Notes: generated by a model from the letters alone, not told the origin. A DNA stretch of 32,000 bases from Candidatus Arthromitus sp. SFB-rat-Yit (GCF_000283555.1 NC_016012.1:240001-272000), one strand, 5' to 3'. Positions 8,523-18,239 are shown, counted from the stretch's first letter. Program-made: numbers and translations.

Positions 8523-9566
8523 TTGTTGAAACGTATTGATTTTATAGATGTATTTAAGGGAATTGGAATATTTTTTGTGATACTTGGACACATGCCAATT
8601 AAACCTGAACTATTTTCGTATGTGTTCTCTTTTCAGTTATCCGTATTCTTTTTTGTTGGTGGGTTTTTATATAGAGATGCACATTATATAAATTCATTTT
8701 GGGATTATTTAAGTAAGAAGTTTAAGGGCATAATTATTCCATACATTATTCTTAGTGTAATATCTATGGTTATTTATATTTTGTATAATAATTATTTGGG
8801 CATGGAGTATGATATTTTAGATATTTTAGAAACTATATTATTATCAAAGAGAAATGAAATTTATATAAATGTTCCATTATGGTTTTTAACATCATTTTTT
8901 ACTGTTGAGATACTCTATTATATATTGAAATGTTTTTTCAATAATTATTTTATCTCGTTTATAATCCTTATTTTTGGTTTTATTGGAGTGGTTATTTTTC
9001 GAACAACAGGATCTTTGAATACATTGTTCTTTAGTTTTGATGCATCGTTGTATTTTATAATTTATTATTTTATTGGGGATTTATTTGGAGGGGTAAATAA
9101 GTATTCAAATAGAAATTATAAGTATTTTTTCAAAAATTTGTTTCCTATATTCGTTATCTCAATTGTTATAAATGTGATGAATCTATTAGGGAAGATAGAA
9201 CATGCGGATATTATTTATTATGATTTTGGATTTATAATTGCTTTAATATCATATTTATTTCATGTATTTATAAGTTTAACAGGTGTTTTTACATATTTGT
9301 ATTTATCATATATTTTTAGGTGGGTTGGAGCAATAAAGTTCATTGGTAAAAATTCATTATATTATTTTGCATTTCATATGCCGCTATATCGAATTTTATA
9401 CAATGAGGGGATATTTGATATTTTAATTGGGAAGTATTTGCCTAGTGATATTGATTTAAATTTACTTGGTATCATTTATACTATAATAATTATTTTGATT
9501 TTGACAGGTCCAGTTTTTTTAATAAATTTGTATAAGAGTTTAATATATAAAATTAAAACATCATGA
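8523..9566 (+). CDS. Acyltransferase family 3 membrane protein
   Basis: The protein is polytopic (about 10 TM). Its N-terminal RIDFIDVFKGIGIFFVILGH block is typical of acyltransferase-3/OatA-like proteins. The start is TTG, and either of two adjacent TTG codons could be used. Confidence 0.75.
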   Translation: MLKRIDFIDVFKGIGIFFVILGHMPIKPELFSYVFSFQLSVFFFVGGFLYRDAHYINSFWDYLSKKFKGIIIPYIILSVISMVIYILYNNYLGMEYDILDILETILLSKRNEIYINVPLWFLTSFFTVEILYYILKCFFNNYFISFIILIFGFIGVVIFRTTGSLNTLFFSFDASLYFIIYYFIGDLFGGVNKYSNRNYKYFFKNLFPIFVISIVINVMNLLGKIEHADIIYYDFGFIIALISYLFHVFISLTGVFTYLYLSYIFRWVGAIKFIGKNSLYYFAFHMPLYRILYNEGIFDILIGKYLPSDIDLNLLGIIYTIIIILILTGPVFLINLYKSLIYKIKTS

Positions 9567-9628
9567 TAAATTAAATAATTATGTTGAATAAAAATGAATT
9601 TAATTTTATTTATCTTTTCTTTTGACTA

Positions 9629-9637
9629 TGTTATAAT
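9629..9637 (+). promoter_or_regulatory. Extended -10 promoter-like element (TGtTATAAT) in a long intergenic region
   Basis: The sequence tgttataat is at 9629-9637. No associated transcript is known. In DNA this AT-rich, such a match can arise by chance. Confidence 0.25.
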
Positions 9638-10102
9638 ACTTTCCAAGAGACTTAAGTGTTTTTTTGTTAATTTTAGATTATGCATTTAGTTTGACCATAT
9701 GGGAGTAAAGTTTGTACTCTTAAGGCATCGAACTACATTTTATAACTAAGATTTATGGTTCATACATTAACTCATTTTATGTATTAAAACAAATTGCCCC
9801 TTGCCATTAGAAACTTTTAGTAGTTTGTGATAATAATACATATGAGTTTGAAAATTCCTTTGAAACATTCAAGGAGTTTTTTGTTTTTATAGGTAAAAGA
9901 TTTAAAAATTTGGATAATAAAAATTCAGATTATAAAAAATTAAATATTGATAATATCTTTAATTATTGCAATCACAATAATATTGATGTACAACTATTTT
10001 TAAATTTTGAAAATAAATACACTACAGATAAAGTAGGATATGGTAATATAACATTAAATGTGTTAAATTAATTTTAAATATAGAAAAGGCATTTTACATA
10101 TT

Positions 10103-11776
10103 ATGTTTAGATTCAATATAAGTGAGGAAATTATTTTTAAATTAGAAAATAGGGATTTTGGGGAAGAAATATCTGGAGAAGATAGTTTTTTTGAAGAATT
10201 ATTAACGAAGCTAAATGATGAAAAAATTTTTATATGTTATGGACTTTCAAATGAATTGAGAGAGAGGTTTTGTTTTAGAATTATATACAAGTATTTTAAT
10301 GATAGATACGTAAGAGATCTAAATATAGGTGTTTTTAAAATATCTAGTGTTAGTGAGTTTGAAGAAATTTATTTAGAAAATGAGTTTCAGATTTTTTATT
10401 TTTATGATTTTTTTGGAAGTATAAAATTTAATGATATAAAATTTGAAAGTTATTTAAATAGGATAAAAAATTCTAACAATAAGATGTTAGTAGTTAATAC
10501 TAGGAGTTTTTTGAAAAAGGAAATTGTAGAGAGTAAAAATTCTCTATATATAGAGGATTTAGAATTTTATAAAGATAAAATTGAAAAATTTTTAAATATA
10601 AATTGTGATATTACTAACTATTATGATTTGGATTTGGAATATCAAGACTTTGATTATATAGACAAGCTTGTTTTATTTTATGTATTTATAAACTTTTCTT
10701 GTGATGTTAATAAATGGATTGGTGTAATGGAAAAATATTTAGTACATAGAGAAATTTTTAATGATCATAGTGAGTTTAAGGAAATGTTACTTAATTCCTT
10801 TAGAAAACTAGAAGATTCGTTTATAAATATTTATTACAATAAGAAATTTAATATAAAGAATCCTATAGTATATAATTTCATATTAAGCAAGTTGAAAAAT
10901 GATATCGATGTTATAAAAGATTTGTTTAATAACATTTATGGATATGAAGACTTATATTCTATATGTAACATATTGAGTCAAAACAGGGTAAAACTATGTT
11001 ATACCTTAGATGAGTATGAAAATAATTTGAAAAGTAATTTATGTAATATAGTTTTTGGGAGTAATTATGTAGATGTTATTTCAATAATTAAAACAGTGTT
11101 TATGACTTTTTATGTATTGGATTTATGGGATATAGATATAATAGAGGATTTGAATTTAAAAATAACTTATTCTAAACTTAATATAGATGGTGCGATAGAT
11201 TACTTTTTTTCTATAAGTGGAAATATGGAGTTTATGATTAAAAATGAAATATTTAAAAATAAACTTTTAGATTTGATATATAAATATGAGATGGAAGCTA
11301 GTTCTGAGTTTTATAACTATAGTTTTAAATATTATTTATTTGCAAGCGAGTTTTACAAGTTATATGGTAATATAGATAATGATGAATTAACGGATTTGAA
11401 ATACAGGTTTAATGTATTAATAAGTATAGTTTTAAATAACATAAATTCTTATTTTAATATTGAATATTTTAATATTGGTAGTGAAATAAGAGATTCTCTA
11501 TCTGATTTAAAAGAGCTTATTAGAAAATATGATGTGAGGTTTATATTTGGTATAAATGTATATGAAGTCTTTAATTTTATAGAGGATAAGTTATTGGAGC
11601 TTATATATAATGTTGATAATTTTATACCAAAAGATATGAATGATTATTATAATTTAAAATATTTTGGTAATGAGCTTGAGAGGAATGAAGGTTTTATAGA
11701 AGAGGTATTTCATAACATAAATATGAAGGGTGTTATTGAAAGAATAAATGAAAAAATTTGTTTATTTGAAGCATAA
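10103..11776 (+). CDS. Orphan 557-aa cytoplasmic protein; possible degenerate P-loop/STAND-like N-terminal module plus long helical region
   Basis: A 1.67-kb open frame is unlikely by chance in stop-codon-rich AT DNA. There is no signal peptide or TM segment. The N-terminal motif order is KIFICYGLSNELRER (aa 41-55), QIFYFYDFFG (aa 96-105) and KMLVVNTR (aa 127-134). This resembles strand-loop, Walker-B and sensor-1 spacing but lacks GK[ST]. The functional call is inference only. Confidence 0.7.
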   Translation: MFRFNISEEIIFKLENRDFGEEISGEDSFFEELLTKLNDEKIFICYGLSNELRERFCFRIIYKYFNDRYVRDLNIGVFKISSVSEFEEIYLENEFQIFYFYDFFGSIKFNDIKFESYLNRIKNSNNKMLVVNTRSFLKKEIVESKNSLYIEDLEFYKDKIEKFLNINCDITNYYDLDLEYQDFDYIDKLVLFYVFINFSCDVNKWIGVMEKYLVHREIFNDHSEFKEMLLNSFRKLEDSFINIYYNKKFNIKNPIVYNFILSKLKNDIDVIKDLFNNIYGYEDLYSICNILSQNRVKLCYTLDEYENNLKSNLCNIVFGSNYVDVISIIKTVFMTFYVLDLWDIDIIEDLNLKITYSKLNIDGAIDYFFSISGNMEFMIKNEIFKNKLLDLIYKYEMEASSEFYNYSFKYYLFASEFYKLYGNIDNDELTDLKYRFNVLISIVLNNINSYFNIEYFNIGSEIRDSLSDLKELIRKYDVRFIFGINVYEVFNFIEDKLLELIYNVDNFIPKDMNDYYNLKYFGNELERNEGFIEEVFHNINMKGVIERINEKICLFEA

Positions 11777-11873
11777 AATAACAAATTTTTTAAAGAGTAT
11801 ATAGTATAATAATTCCAAGGCAAGTTAAGATTAGTTGTATTTTTAAGTTATTATGATTTTAAGGGGTGTCTAT

Positions 11874-12038
11874 GTGAACAATAACGACATAATAAACAAT
11901 AATATTGATGTTATTATAAGAGGCATTTGTTGTTATGATTGTAAAAATAGAGGAGAATGTAACGAGTGCGAGATATATGGGAAGATCCCAAATAGCATTT
12001 TAAAAGAGCAGGAGGATTGTTCTTTTTTTCATAGCTAA
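11874..12038 (+). CDS. Small Cys-rich protein (54 aa from GTG 11874; 61 aa if ATG 11853)
   Basis: AAGGGG lies 7 nt upstream of the in-frame GTG at 11874. The Cys pattern is CC-x2-C-x5-C-x2-C (ICCYDCKNRGECNEC) plus a distal C-x3-H. A strong hairpin follows the stop codon. Confidence 0.5.
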   Translation: MNNNDIINNNIDVIIRGICCYDCKNRGECNECEIYGKIPNSILKEQEDCSFFHS

Positions 12039-12044
12039 TTAAAT

Positions 12045-12074
12045 ATAACATGAGTATTTGATTACTCATGTTAT
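12045..12074. terminator. Bidirectional terminator hairpin between the convergent small ORF and rmuC
   Basis: A perfect 12-bp stem, ataacatgagta (12045-12056) pairing with tactcatgttat (12063-12074), encloses the loop tttgat. It overlaps the rmuC stop codon. Confidence 0.6.
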
Positions 12075-13375
12075 TATTCAGTATAAGAAATAGATTCAAT
12101 GTCCTTAAGTTTACTTTGTATTTTCTTAGTTTTATTATCAGATAAAGAAGTTAAATCATTACTCACTTGTTCCAGTTTATTTTTTGCTTTTTCTAGTATA
12201 TTTGAAAAGCTATCAAATTCTTTTTTAACCTCTCCTAGTACTTTCCAGACTTTACTTGAATGTTTTTCGATTGATATTGTTTTAAATGCTAAGTTTAGGC
12301 TGCTTAACATAGCGTATAGTGTTGTTGGACCTGTTATTATTATTTTATATTCTCTTTGTATAAATTCTATTAAGTTAATTCTTTTTGATATTTCGGAGTA
12401 GAGGCTTTCTATAGGTAAAAATAATATTGCAAAGTCAGTTGTGTTATCTAGATCTATGTATTTTTCGTGTATATCTTTTGAAAATTTTTTTATAGATGTT
12501 TCTAAAAGTTTTGAATATTTTTCTATATTATCTTTGTCAGAAGATTCATACGATTCCACAAGTTTTGAGTAATTGTCTAGAGGGAATTTTGAGTCTATTG
12601 GAAGAAGTAGCTCTTTTCCTGAATTTTTTGAAGGAATTTTAAGTGCAAATTCAACACGATCTTTGGAATTATGTTTCGTAATAACGTTCTTAATATACTG
12701 GTTTTCATTTAATGTTTGAGAAATAAGGTTTTCTAACTGATATTCTCCAATTATTCCACGTGTTTTTACGTTTGATAAAATTTTTCTAAGATCGTTTATA
12801 GATAAAAATAGTGTATTTATTTCTCCTATGCCCTTATATAAAATCTCTAAACGATTACTAACTATTTCAAATGATTTTGACAACCTATTATCAAGAGTTT
12901 TTTGTAATTTTTCATCGACTGTGTCACGCATAATGTCTAATTTTTTTTCTGTAGATGAGATTAAATTATTTTGTGTTTCGGTGATATTCTTAAGTTGTTT
13001 TTCAAGAGAATTAGAGATTTTTTCAAATGATTTTGAAAGTTCATCTCTATTCATTTTAGATTCTAAAATTGATTGTTTTTTGAGAGAATCTAAAGATGTA
13101 GTTAGGTTCGTATTAACTTCATTTAAACGATTTGTAAGTAAATCTATTAAAGATATAAACTGTGTTTGGATTTCATTTCTTAAATTTTTTTCATATAATG
13201 TTAAGGTTTTATTTAACTTATTATTTATGTTATTTATTGAATGATCTATATTTATAATATTGTTTAATAAATTGTTTGATTGAAATTTGCTTATGTATTC
13301 CCTGAAGCATAGTATGAGGAATATATTTAAAAAAATTATTATCAATAGGGAAGCAATTATAATAGTATTTATCAT
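12074..13375 (-). CDS. rmuC: DNA recombination protein RmuC
   Basis: It has an N-terminal TM segment and a long coiled-coil. The C-terminal RmuC nuclease-like region contains RGIIGEYQLENLISQTL, DRVEFALKIP, LLPIDSKFPLDNY, FAILFLPIESLYSE and IIITGPTTLYAMLSSLNLAF. Confidence 0.85.
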   Translation of the reverse strand: MINTIIIASLLIIIFLNIFLILCFREYISKFQSNNLLNNIINIDHSINNINNKLNKTLTLYEKNLRNEIQTQFISLIDLLTNRLNEVNTNLTTSLDSLKKQSILESKMNRDELSKSFEKISNSLEKQLKNITETQNNLISSTEKKLDIMRDTVDEKLQKTLDNRLSKSFEIVSNRLEILYKGIGEINTLFLSINDLRKILSNVKTRGIIGEYQLENLISQTLNENQYIKNVITKHNSKDRVEFALKIPSKNSGKELLLPIDSKFPLDNYSKLVESYESSDKDNIEKYSKLLETSIKKFSKDIHEKYIDLDNTTDFAILFLPIESLYSEISKRINLIEFIQREYKIIITGPTTLYAMLSSLNLAFKTISIEKHSSKVWKVLGEVKKEFDSFSNILEKAKNKLEQVSNDLTSLSDNKTKKIQSKLKDIESISYTE

Positions 13376-13424
13376 GAATTAATCTCCTTTTAAAATAAAT
13401 TTTAATTTTTAGAGAGGTGTAGAT

Positions 13425-16007
13425 ATGGAAAGGGTTTTGATATTAGATAGCAATAGCATTTTAAATAGAGCCTTTTATGCTCTTCCACTTCTTAGTTGTT
13501 CTGAAGGAATACATACTAATGGAATTCTTGGATATTTAACAATGTTTTTTAAAATGCAAGAAGAATTTAACGCTACATATGTAATTGCAACTTTTGATCG
13601 TAAAGCTAAGACATTTAGGCATTTAGAGTATGAAAATTATAAAGCTGGTAGAAAATCTATGCCTAATGAACTATTTGAGCAGATTGAACCATTAAAAGAA
13701 ATATTAAGAGCAATGAATATAAATATTTTTGAGCTTGATGGATTTGAGGCAGATGATTTAATTGGGACATTGTCAAGGATATATGAAGAAAATGGATTTG
13801 AACCTATAATAGTTACGGGTGATAAAGATGCACTCCAGCTTAGCTCCTCCATAACCAAAGTAATTATAACAAAAAAAGGTATAACAGATAAAGAAGTTTA
13901 TGATGAAAAAAAGATGATCGAAGTATATGGGGTAACTCCGATTGAGTTTATAGATGTTAAAGCTATTATGGGTGATAAATCAGATAACATTCCTGGGGTT
14001 CCTGGTATTGGAGAGAAGGGTGCAACTTCCTTAATAAAAGAGTTTAAAAGTATAGAAAATTTATATAAAAACTTAGAAAATTTAAAAGAGGGAAAGATTA
14101 AAAAAAATCTTATAAATGGTATGGAGTTGGCTTTCTTATCAAAAAAATTAAGTAAGATAAATAGATTTGTACCGATTGAATTCTCTATTGAAGATATAAA
14201 AGCTTATGGAGAGTTAGATTCATTAGAAGTATATGAATTATATAATAAATATGAATTAAAATCACTTTTAAATAAAATAGATATAAATAGTAATGAGGGA
14301 TATGAGAAGGATATACTTTTTGATGAGGTTTCTACTTTAGGGTATTTAAGAGGTTTAATAAATAAAATTTATGGATCTGATAAGAATTTATATATTTATT
14401 GTAAGGTTTTAGGAAGTAAAGTCTCTGAAATTCGTTTAGGTGATACATATATTAATTTTGATAATGAAAATTATATAATAAAAGAGAAGTTTATATCTGA
14501 AAATTTTGATGAGGTAAGCAGGATTTTTTCATCTAAGAATAAGAAGATATGTTTTGATTCAAAGATGATATATAAAGTTATGTTCAAAAATTCAAAAGAA
14601 GTAAATAATATGGTCTTTGATTTAGTTATAGGGGATTATTTACTAAATCCAGGTAAGGAGTGTACAATTCTAAGTTTATGTAGTGATTATGTTTCGGTAT
14701 ATTTAGATAGGGATAAAGAGTATTTAGGGATTTCGTTTTTTGAGAAAATTTATGAAATTATTTTAGGTAAAATAAAAAATAGTAATATGATGAAACTTTA
14801 TTTTGAAATTGAACATCCTTTATCATTAATTTTAGCTAGTATTGAATTATATGGATTTAGAGTGTCTATCAAGATGCTTGAGGAATTGAGGGAAAAGTTT
14901 GATATAAAGATAAAAGAGCACTCTGATAAAATATATAATTTATCAGGTGAAGTATTTAATATTAATTCGCCAAAGCAACTAGGAAAGATATTATTTGAAA
15001 AATTAGATTTACCGATTATAAAGAAAACTAAAACAGGATACTCAACTAATGCTGAGGTTTTAGAAGCTTTAATAGATAAGCATGAGATTATAGAAGAAAT
15101 TATAAATTATAGGCAAATAACAAAACTTCAATCAACTTACATACTTGGACTTATGGATGTAATAGATGATGATCTTAAGGTTCATACATCATTCAATCAA
15201 ACTTTGACAACTACAGGAAGATTATCAAGTGTAGAACCAAATCTTCAGAATATACCTGTTAAATATCCTTTAGGACGTGAAATAAGGAAAGCGTTTGTTG
15301 CTGAGGAAAATAGTTACATATTATCTGCTGATTATTCTCAAATTGAACTTAGAATGCTTGCACATATATCTGGAGATGAGATTATAATAAAAGCATTTAG
15401 AGAAAATTTGGATATTCATAGAATGACTGCATCAGAAATTTTTTCAGTCGATGAAAATGATGTTACAAGTGAGATGAGAAATAGGTGTAAGGCTGTTAAT
15501 TTCGGAATTATATATGGAATAAGTGATTTTGCTCTATCTAATGATTTAAAAATATCTAGAAAAGAAGCTCGAGAGTATATGGATAAATATTTTAATAGAT
15601 ATGTTGGTGTTAAAAAATATTTAGATGAAATTATAGTTAAGGGTAAGGAAGATGGGTTTGTTACAACTATTTTTAATAGAAGAAGAGATATTCCTGAGAT
15701 AAGATCATCAAATAAAATTATAAAATCTCTTGGAGAAAGACTTGCTATGAATACACCTATACAAGGTAGTGCGGCTGACATAATAAAACTTGCTATGATA
15801 AAGGTTTATAATAGATTAAATGAAGAAAATCTGAAATCTAAAATAATACTTCAGGTTCATGATGAGCTTGTTTTGAATGTGTATGAAGATGAACTTGAGA
15901 AGGTATCTTTAATAGTTAAGGAAGAAATGGAATTGTGTTATGAGGATATAAGTGTTCCACTTAGAGTGAATTTATCTTATGGTAAAAACTGGTTTGAAGC
16001 AAAGTAG
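13425..16007 (+). CDS. polA: DNA polymerase I
   Basis: A gagagg RBS is present. The 5'-nuclease domain has FDRKAKTFRH, GFEADDLIGT and GDKSDNIPGVPGIGEKGA. The polymerase motifs are A (LSADYSQIELRMLAH), B (RNRCKAVNFGIIYG) and C (LQVHDELVL). The central 3'-5' exonuclease-like region lacks the DxE acidic motif. Confidence 0.95.
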   Translation: MERVLILDSNSILNRAFYALPLLSCSEGIHTNGILGYLTMFFKMQEEFNATYVIATFDRKAKTFRHLEYENYKAGRKSMPNELFEQIEPLKEILRAMNINIFELDGFEADDLIGTLSRIYEENGFEPIIVTGDKDALQLSSSITKVIITKKGITDKEVYDEKKMIEVYGVTPIEFIDVKAIMGDKSDNIPGVPGIGEKGATSLIKEFKSIENLYKNLENLKEGKIKKNLINGMELAFLSKKLSKINRFVPIEFSIEDIKAYGELDSLEVYELYNKYELKSLLNKIDINSNEGYEKDILFDEVSTLGYLRGLINKIYGSDKNLYIYCKVLGSKVSEIRLGDTYINFDNENYIIKEKFISENFDEVSRIFSSKNKKICFDSKMIYKVMFKNSKEVNNMVFDLVIGDYLLNPGKECTILSLCSDYVSVYLDRDKEYLGISFFEKIYEIILGKIKNSNMMKLYFEIEHPLSLILASIELYGFRVSIKMLEELREKFDIKIKEHSDKIYNLSGEVFNINSPKQLGKILFEKLDLPIIKKTKTGYSTNAEVLEALIDKHEIIEEIINYRQITKLQSTYILGLMDVIDDDLKVHTSFNQTLTTTGRLSSVEPNLQNIPVKYPLGREIRKAFVAEENSYILSADYSQIELRMLAHISGDEIIIKAFRENLDIHRMTASEIFSVDENDVTSEMRNRCKAVNFGIIYGISDFALSNDLKISRKEAREYMDKYFNRYVGVKKYLDEIIVKGKEDGFVTTIFNRRRDIPEIRSSNKIIKSLGERLAMNTPIQGSAADIIKLAMIKVYNRLNEENLKSKIILQVHDELVLNVYEDELEKVSLIVKEEMELCYEDISVPLRVNLSYGKNWFEAK

Positions 16008-16020
16008 TGGAGGAAGTTAA

Positions 16021-16614
16021 TTGAAAAAGATAGGATTAACTGGAGGAATAGCTACAGGGAAGAGTACAGTAGTTAAAATGCTGATTAAAAAAGGATTCAA
16101 AATTATAGATTCAGATAAAATTGTGAGTTTTATATTAAATAATAATAAAGAAGTTTTATTATATATAAAAGAGAAATTTGGAAGCAAGTTTATTTGTGAT
16201 AATAAAATTTTAAGACGGGAATTTGGTGAATATATTTTCTCAAATGATTGTGATAGGTTGAAATATGAAAATTTTATAATGCCTAAAATCTTAAAATGTA
16301 TAGATGAGGAATTTAAATTTCATGAAGAGAATAATGAGCGTATTTGTATATTAGATGCACCAGTTTTAATTGAAAAGAATATCCATCTTTTTATGGATTA
16401 TGTTGTATTAATATGGGCAAAGAGAGAGCAACAGATAAGTAGAATTATGCATAGAGATGGTTTGAATAAAGAAAATGCAATTAGAAGGATAAATGCTCAA
16501 ATGGATATTGATATAAAAAAGAGGTTTGCTGATTACATAATTGATAATTCGAAGGAAGAAGAGCTCTTGGAGGATCAAATAAATAACTTATGTTTATTTT
16601 TAAATAAACTCTGA
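16021..16614 (+). CDS. coaE: Dephospho-CoA kinase
   Basis: GGAGG lies upstream of a TTG start. The P-loop is IGLTGGIATGKST. At 197 aa the size is typical, as is the position downstream of polA. Confidence 0.9.
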   Translation: MKKIGLTGGIATGKSTVVKMLIKKGFKIIDSDKIVSFILNNNKEVLLYIKEKFGSKFICDNKILRREFGEYIFSNDCDRLKYENFIMPKILKCIDEEFKFHEENNERICILDAPVLIEKNIHLFMDYVVLIWAKREQQISRIMHRDGLNKENAIRRINAQMDIDIKKRFADYIIDNSKEEELLEDQINNLCLFLNKL

Positions 16615-16636
16615 TTTGAATGGTGGTACAATCAAA

Positions 16637-17188
16637 ATGGTAAAAATAAGAAATATTATTTTAGTTTTAATAGGTATTGCATTAACTTTTCTTATTTCCA
16701 TAAATGTTTTAAAATCTATATATACAGTTAAGTATTATAATTATATTGAGAAGTATTCTGCCATGTATGATTTGGATAAGTATTTAGTTATGTCTGTTAT
16801 AAAAGCTGAGAGTAATTTTAATGAGTATGCAGTATCTAAAAAAGATGCACGGGGGTTAATGCAAATAACGCCTCTAACTGCTAATTGGATAGCAGAACAA
16901 ATAAATTTAATAGAATTTTCTTTAGATAAGTTAAACGATCCTGAAACTAGTATATTTATGGGATGTTGGTATTTAAATAATTTAAGGAAAGAATTTAATG
17001 ATGATTACATTTTAATTTTATCTGCATATAATGCAGGAAGGGGAAATGTAAATAAATGGTTAAAAAATAAGGAGTTTTCTAGAGATGGTAAAAAATTAGA
17101 TTATATACCTTTTAAGGAAACTGAATTGTACATAAAGAAGATAAAATTGAATTATAATATTTATAAATATTTATATAAAGATAAATAG
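16637..17188 (+). CDS. Lytic transglycosylase (SLT domain) with N-terminal membrane anchor
   Basis: SLT motifs are present: VIKAESNFNEYAVSKKDARGLMQITPLTA and AYNAGRGNV. The N-terminal anchor is IILVLIGIALTFLI. The track starts at TTG 16616. I prefer ATG 16637 (MVKIRN...). Confidence 0.85.
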   Translation: MVKIRNIILVLIGIALTFLISINVLKSIYTVKYYNYIEKYSAMYDLDKYLVMSVIKAESNFNEYAVSKKDARGLMQITPLTANWIAEQINLIEFSLDKLNDPETSIFMGCWYLNNLRKEFNDDYILILSAYNAGRGNVNKWLKNKEFSRDGKKLDYIPFKETELYIKKIKLNYNIYKYLYKDK

Positions 17189-17196
17189 TAATGTAA

Positions 17197-17225
17197 TTGA
17201 CAAATAATAATATTATAATTATAAT
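17197..17225 (+). promoter_or_regulatory. Sigma-70-type promoter for tRNA-Leu
   Basis: It reads TTGACA (17197-17202), a 17-nt spacer, then TATAAT (17220-17225). It lies about 20 nt upstream of the tRNA 5' end. Confidence 0.5.
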
Positions 17226-17246
17226 TTTATATGTATTTATATATTT

Positions 17247-17334
17247 GCAGGTATGCTGAAATTGGCAGACAGGCTAGATTGAGGGTCTAGTGTGCGATAT
17301 GCACGTATGGGTTCAAGTCCCTTTACCTGCACCA
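17247..17334 (+). tRNA. tRNA-Leu (anticodon GAG), type II with long variable arm, CCA encoded
   Basis: The acceptor stem is GCAGGTA/TACCTGC. The anticodon stem is CTAGA/TCTAG with loop TTGAGGG. The variable-arm hairpin is GTGC-GATAT-GCAC. The T-loop is TTCAAGT and the 3' end is ACCA. There is one T-T mismatch in the T-stem. Confidence 0.9.
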
Positions 17335-17340
17335 TTTTTA

Positions 17341-17378
17341 AATAGCGATTGTATTATTACATCGCTATTTTATTTTTT
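17341..17378 (+). terminator. Rho-independent terminator after tRNA-Leu
   Basis: Stem aatagcgat (17341-17349) pairs with atcgctatt (17361-17369), followed by ttattttttat. Confidence 0.7.
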
Positions 17379-17411
17379 ATATATTAGATTAATTAAGGCG
17401 GTGTTTGCTAT

Positions 17412-18239
17412 ATGAGTAAAATATTGAAATTAAAACCTTTTTATATGGGAAAAATATGGGGATATGAAAAGTGGATTTTATCAACACACAAAAATGGTAT
17501 TTCTTTTGTTGAAAATGATGAGAGAAATTTATTAGAATGCATTGGTAAAGAATTATCAATTTTAATAAAAGAGATAAAGGCTAATAGTAGTTTATCTGTT
17601 CAAGTTCATCCAACGGATGATTATTCAAAAAAATATGAAAATGATTTTGGTAAAACAGAGTGTTGGTACATATTAGATACCGATGAAAATGCAACTCTTA
17701 TTTGTGGTTTGAAAGATGGTGTGAGTAAGGAAGCATTTAAAAATGCATTAAAGTGTTCAAACTTAGAGAGTTTATTGAAAAGGATTCATATTAAGAAGGG
17801 GGATATGATATATATACCAGCTGGTACTGTTCATGCTATAGAAGGTGGTATAAAGATACTTGAGATACAGCAATGTAGTGATGTAACTTATAGAATATAT
17901 GATTGGGGGAGAGATAGAGAAATTCATGTAGATAAGGCTATGGATGTTATAAACTTCAATAATGATACAAACTTTGGTAGAATAGAGAACTTCAATAAAC
18001 TTGAATCTCCTTATTTCATAGTTGAAAAATTAAATATTTATGGTGAATACATATATAATTATAATGAAAATTATTGTGTGTATATATGTTTAAATGGAAA
18101 TGGAACTATAGAAGATGAGTATGGAAATTTGATAAACATATGTGAATTAGATACAATATATGTTTATAAAAACACTAAATGTAAAATTAATGGTAATTTA
18201 GAAATGTTAAGAGTTATAGATAAAATCACCAAAGTTTAA
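17412..18239 (+). CDS. manA: Mannose-6-phosphate isomerase, class I (short Firmicute type)
   Basis: Cupin PMI motifs are present: LSVQVHPTDDYS, GKTECWYIL, IPAGTVHAIEGGIKILEIQQCSDVTYRIYDWGRDREIHVDKA. Confidence 0.85.
   Translation: MSKILKLKPFYMGKIWGYEKWILSTHKNGISFVENDERNLLECIGKELSILIKEIKANSSLSVQVHPTDDYSKKYENDFGKTECWYILDTDENATLICGLKDGVSKEAFKNALKCSNLESLLKRIHIKKGDMIYIPAGTVHAIEGGIKILEIQQCSDVTYRIYDWGRDREIHVDKAMDVINFNNDTNFGRIENFNKLESPYFIVEKLNIYGEYIYNYNENYCVYICLNGNGTIEDEYGNLINICELDTIYVYKNTKCKINGNLEMLRVIDKITKV

Noticed and set aside
13376-13424. The 49-bp divergent rmuC/polA intergenic region as a special regulatory element
   Set aside because: It contains only the two RBSs, and I see no repeat or palindrome. 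It probably just reflects genome compaction, with promoters lying inside the neighbouring sequence.
14300-14870. Absence of the DxE/NxxxD/YxxxD 3'-5' exonuclease motifs in the central domain of PolA
   Set aside because: Proofreading-deficient vestigial exonuclease domains are well known in Firmicute and Thermus PolA enzymes. This is not novel.
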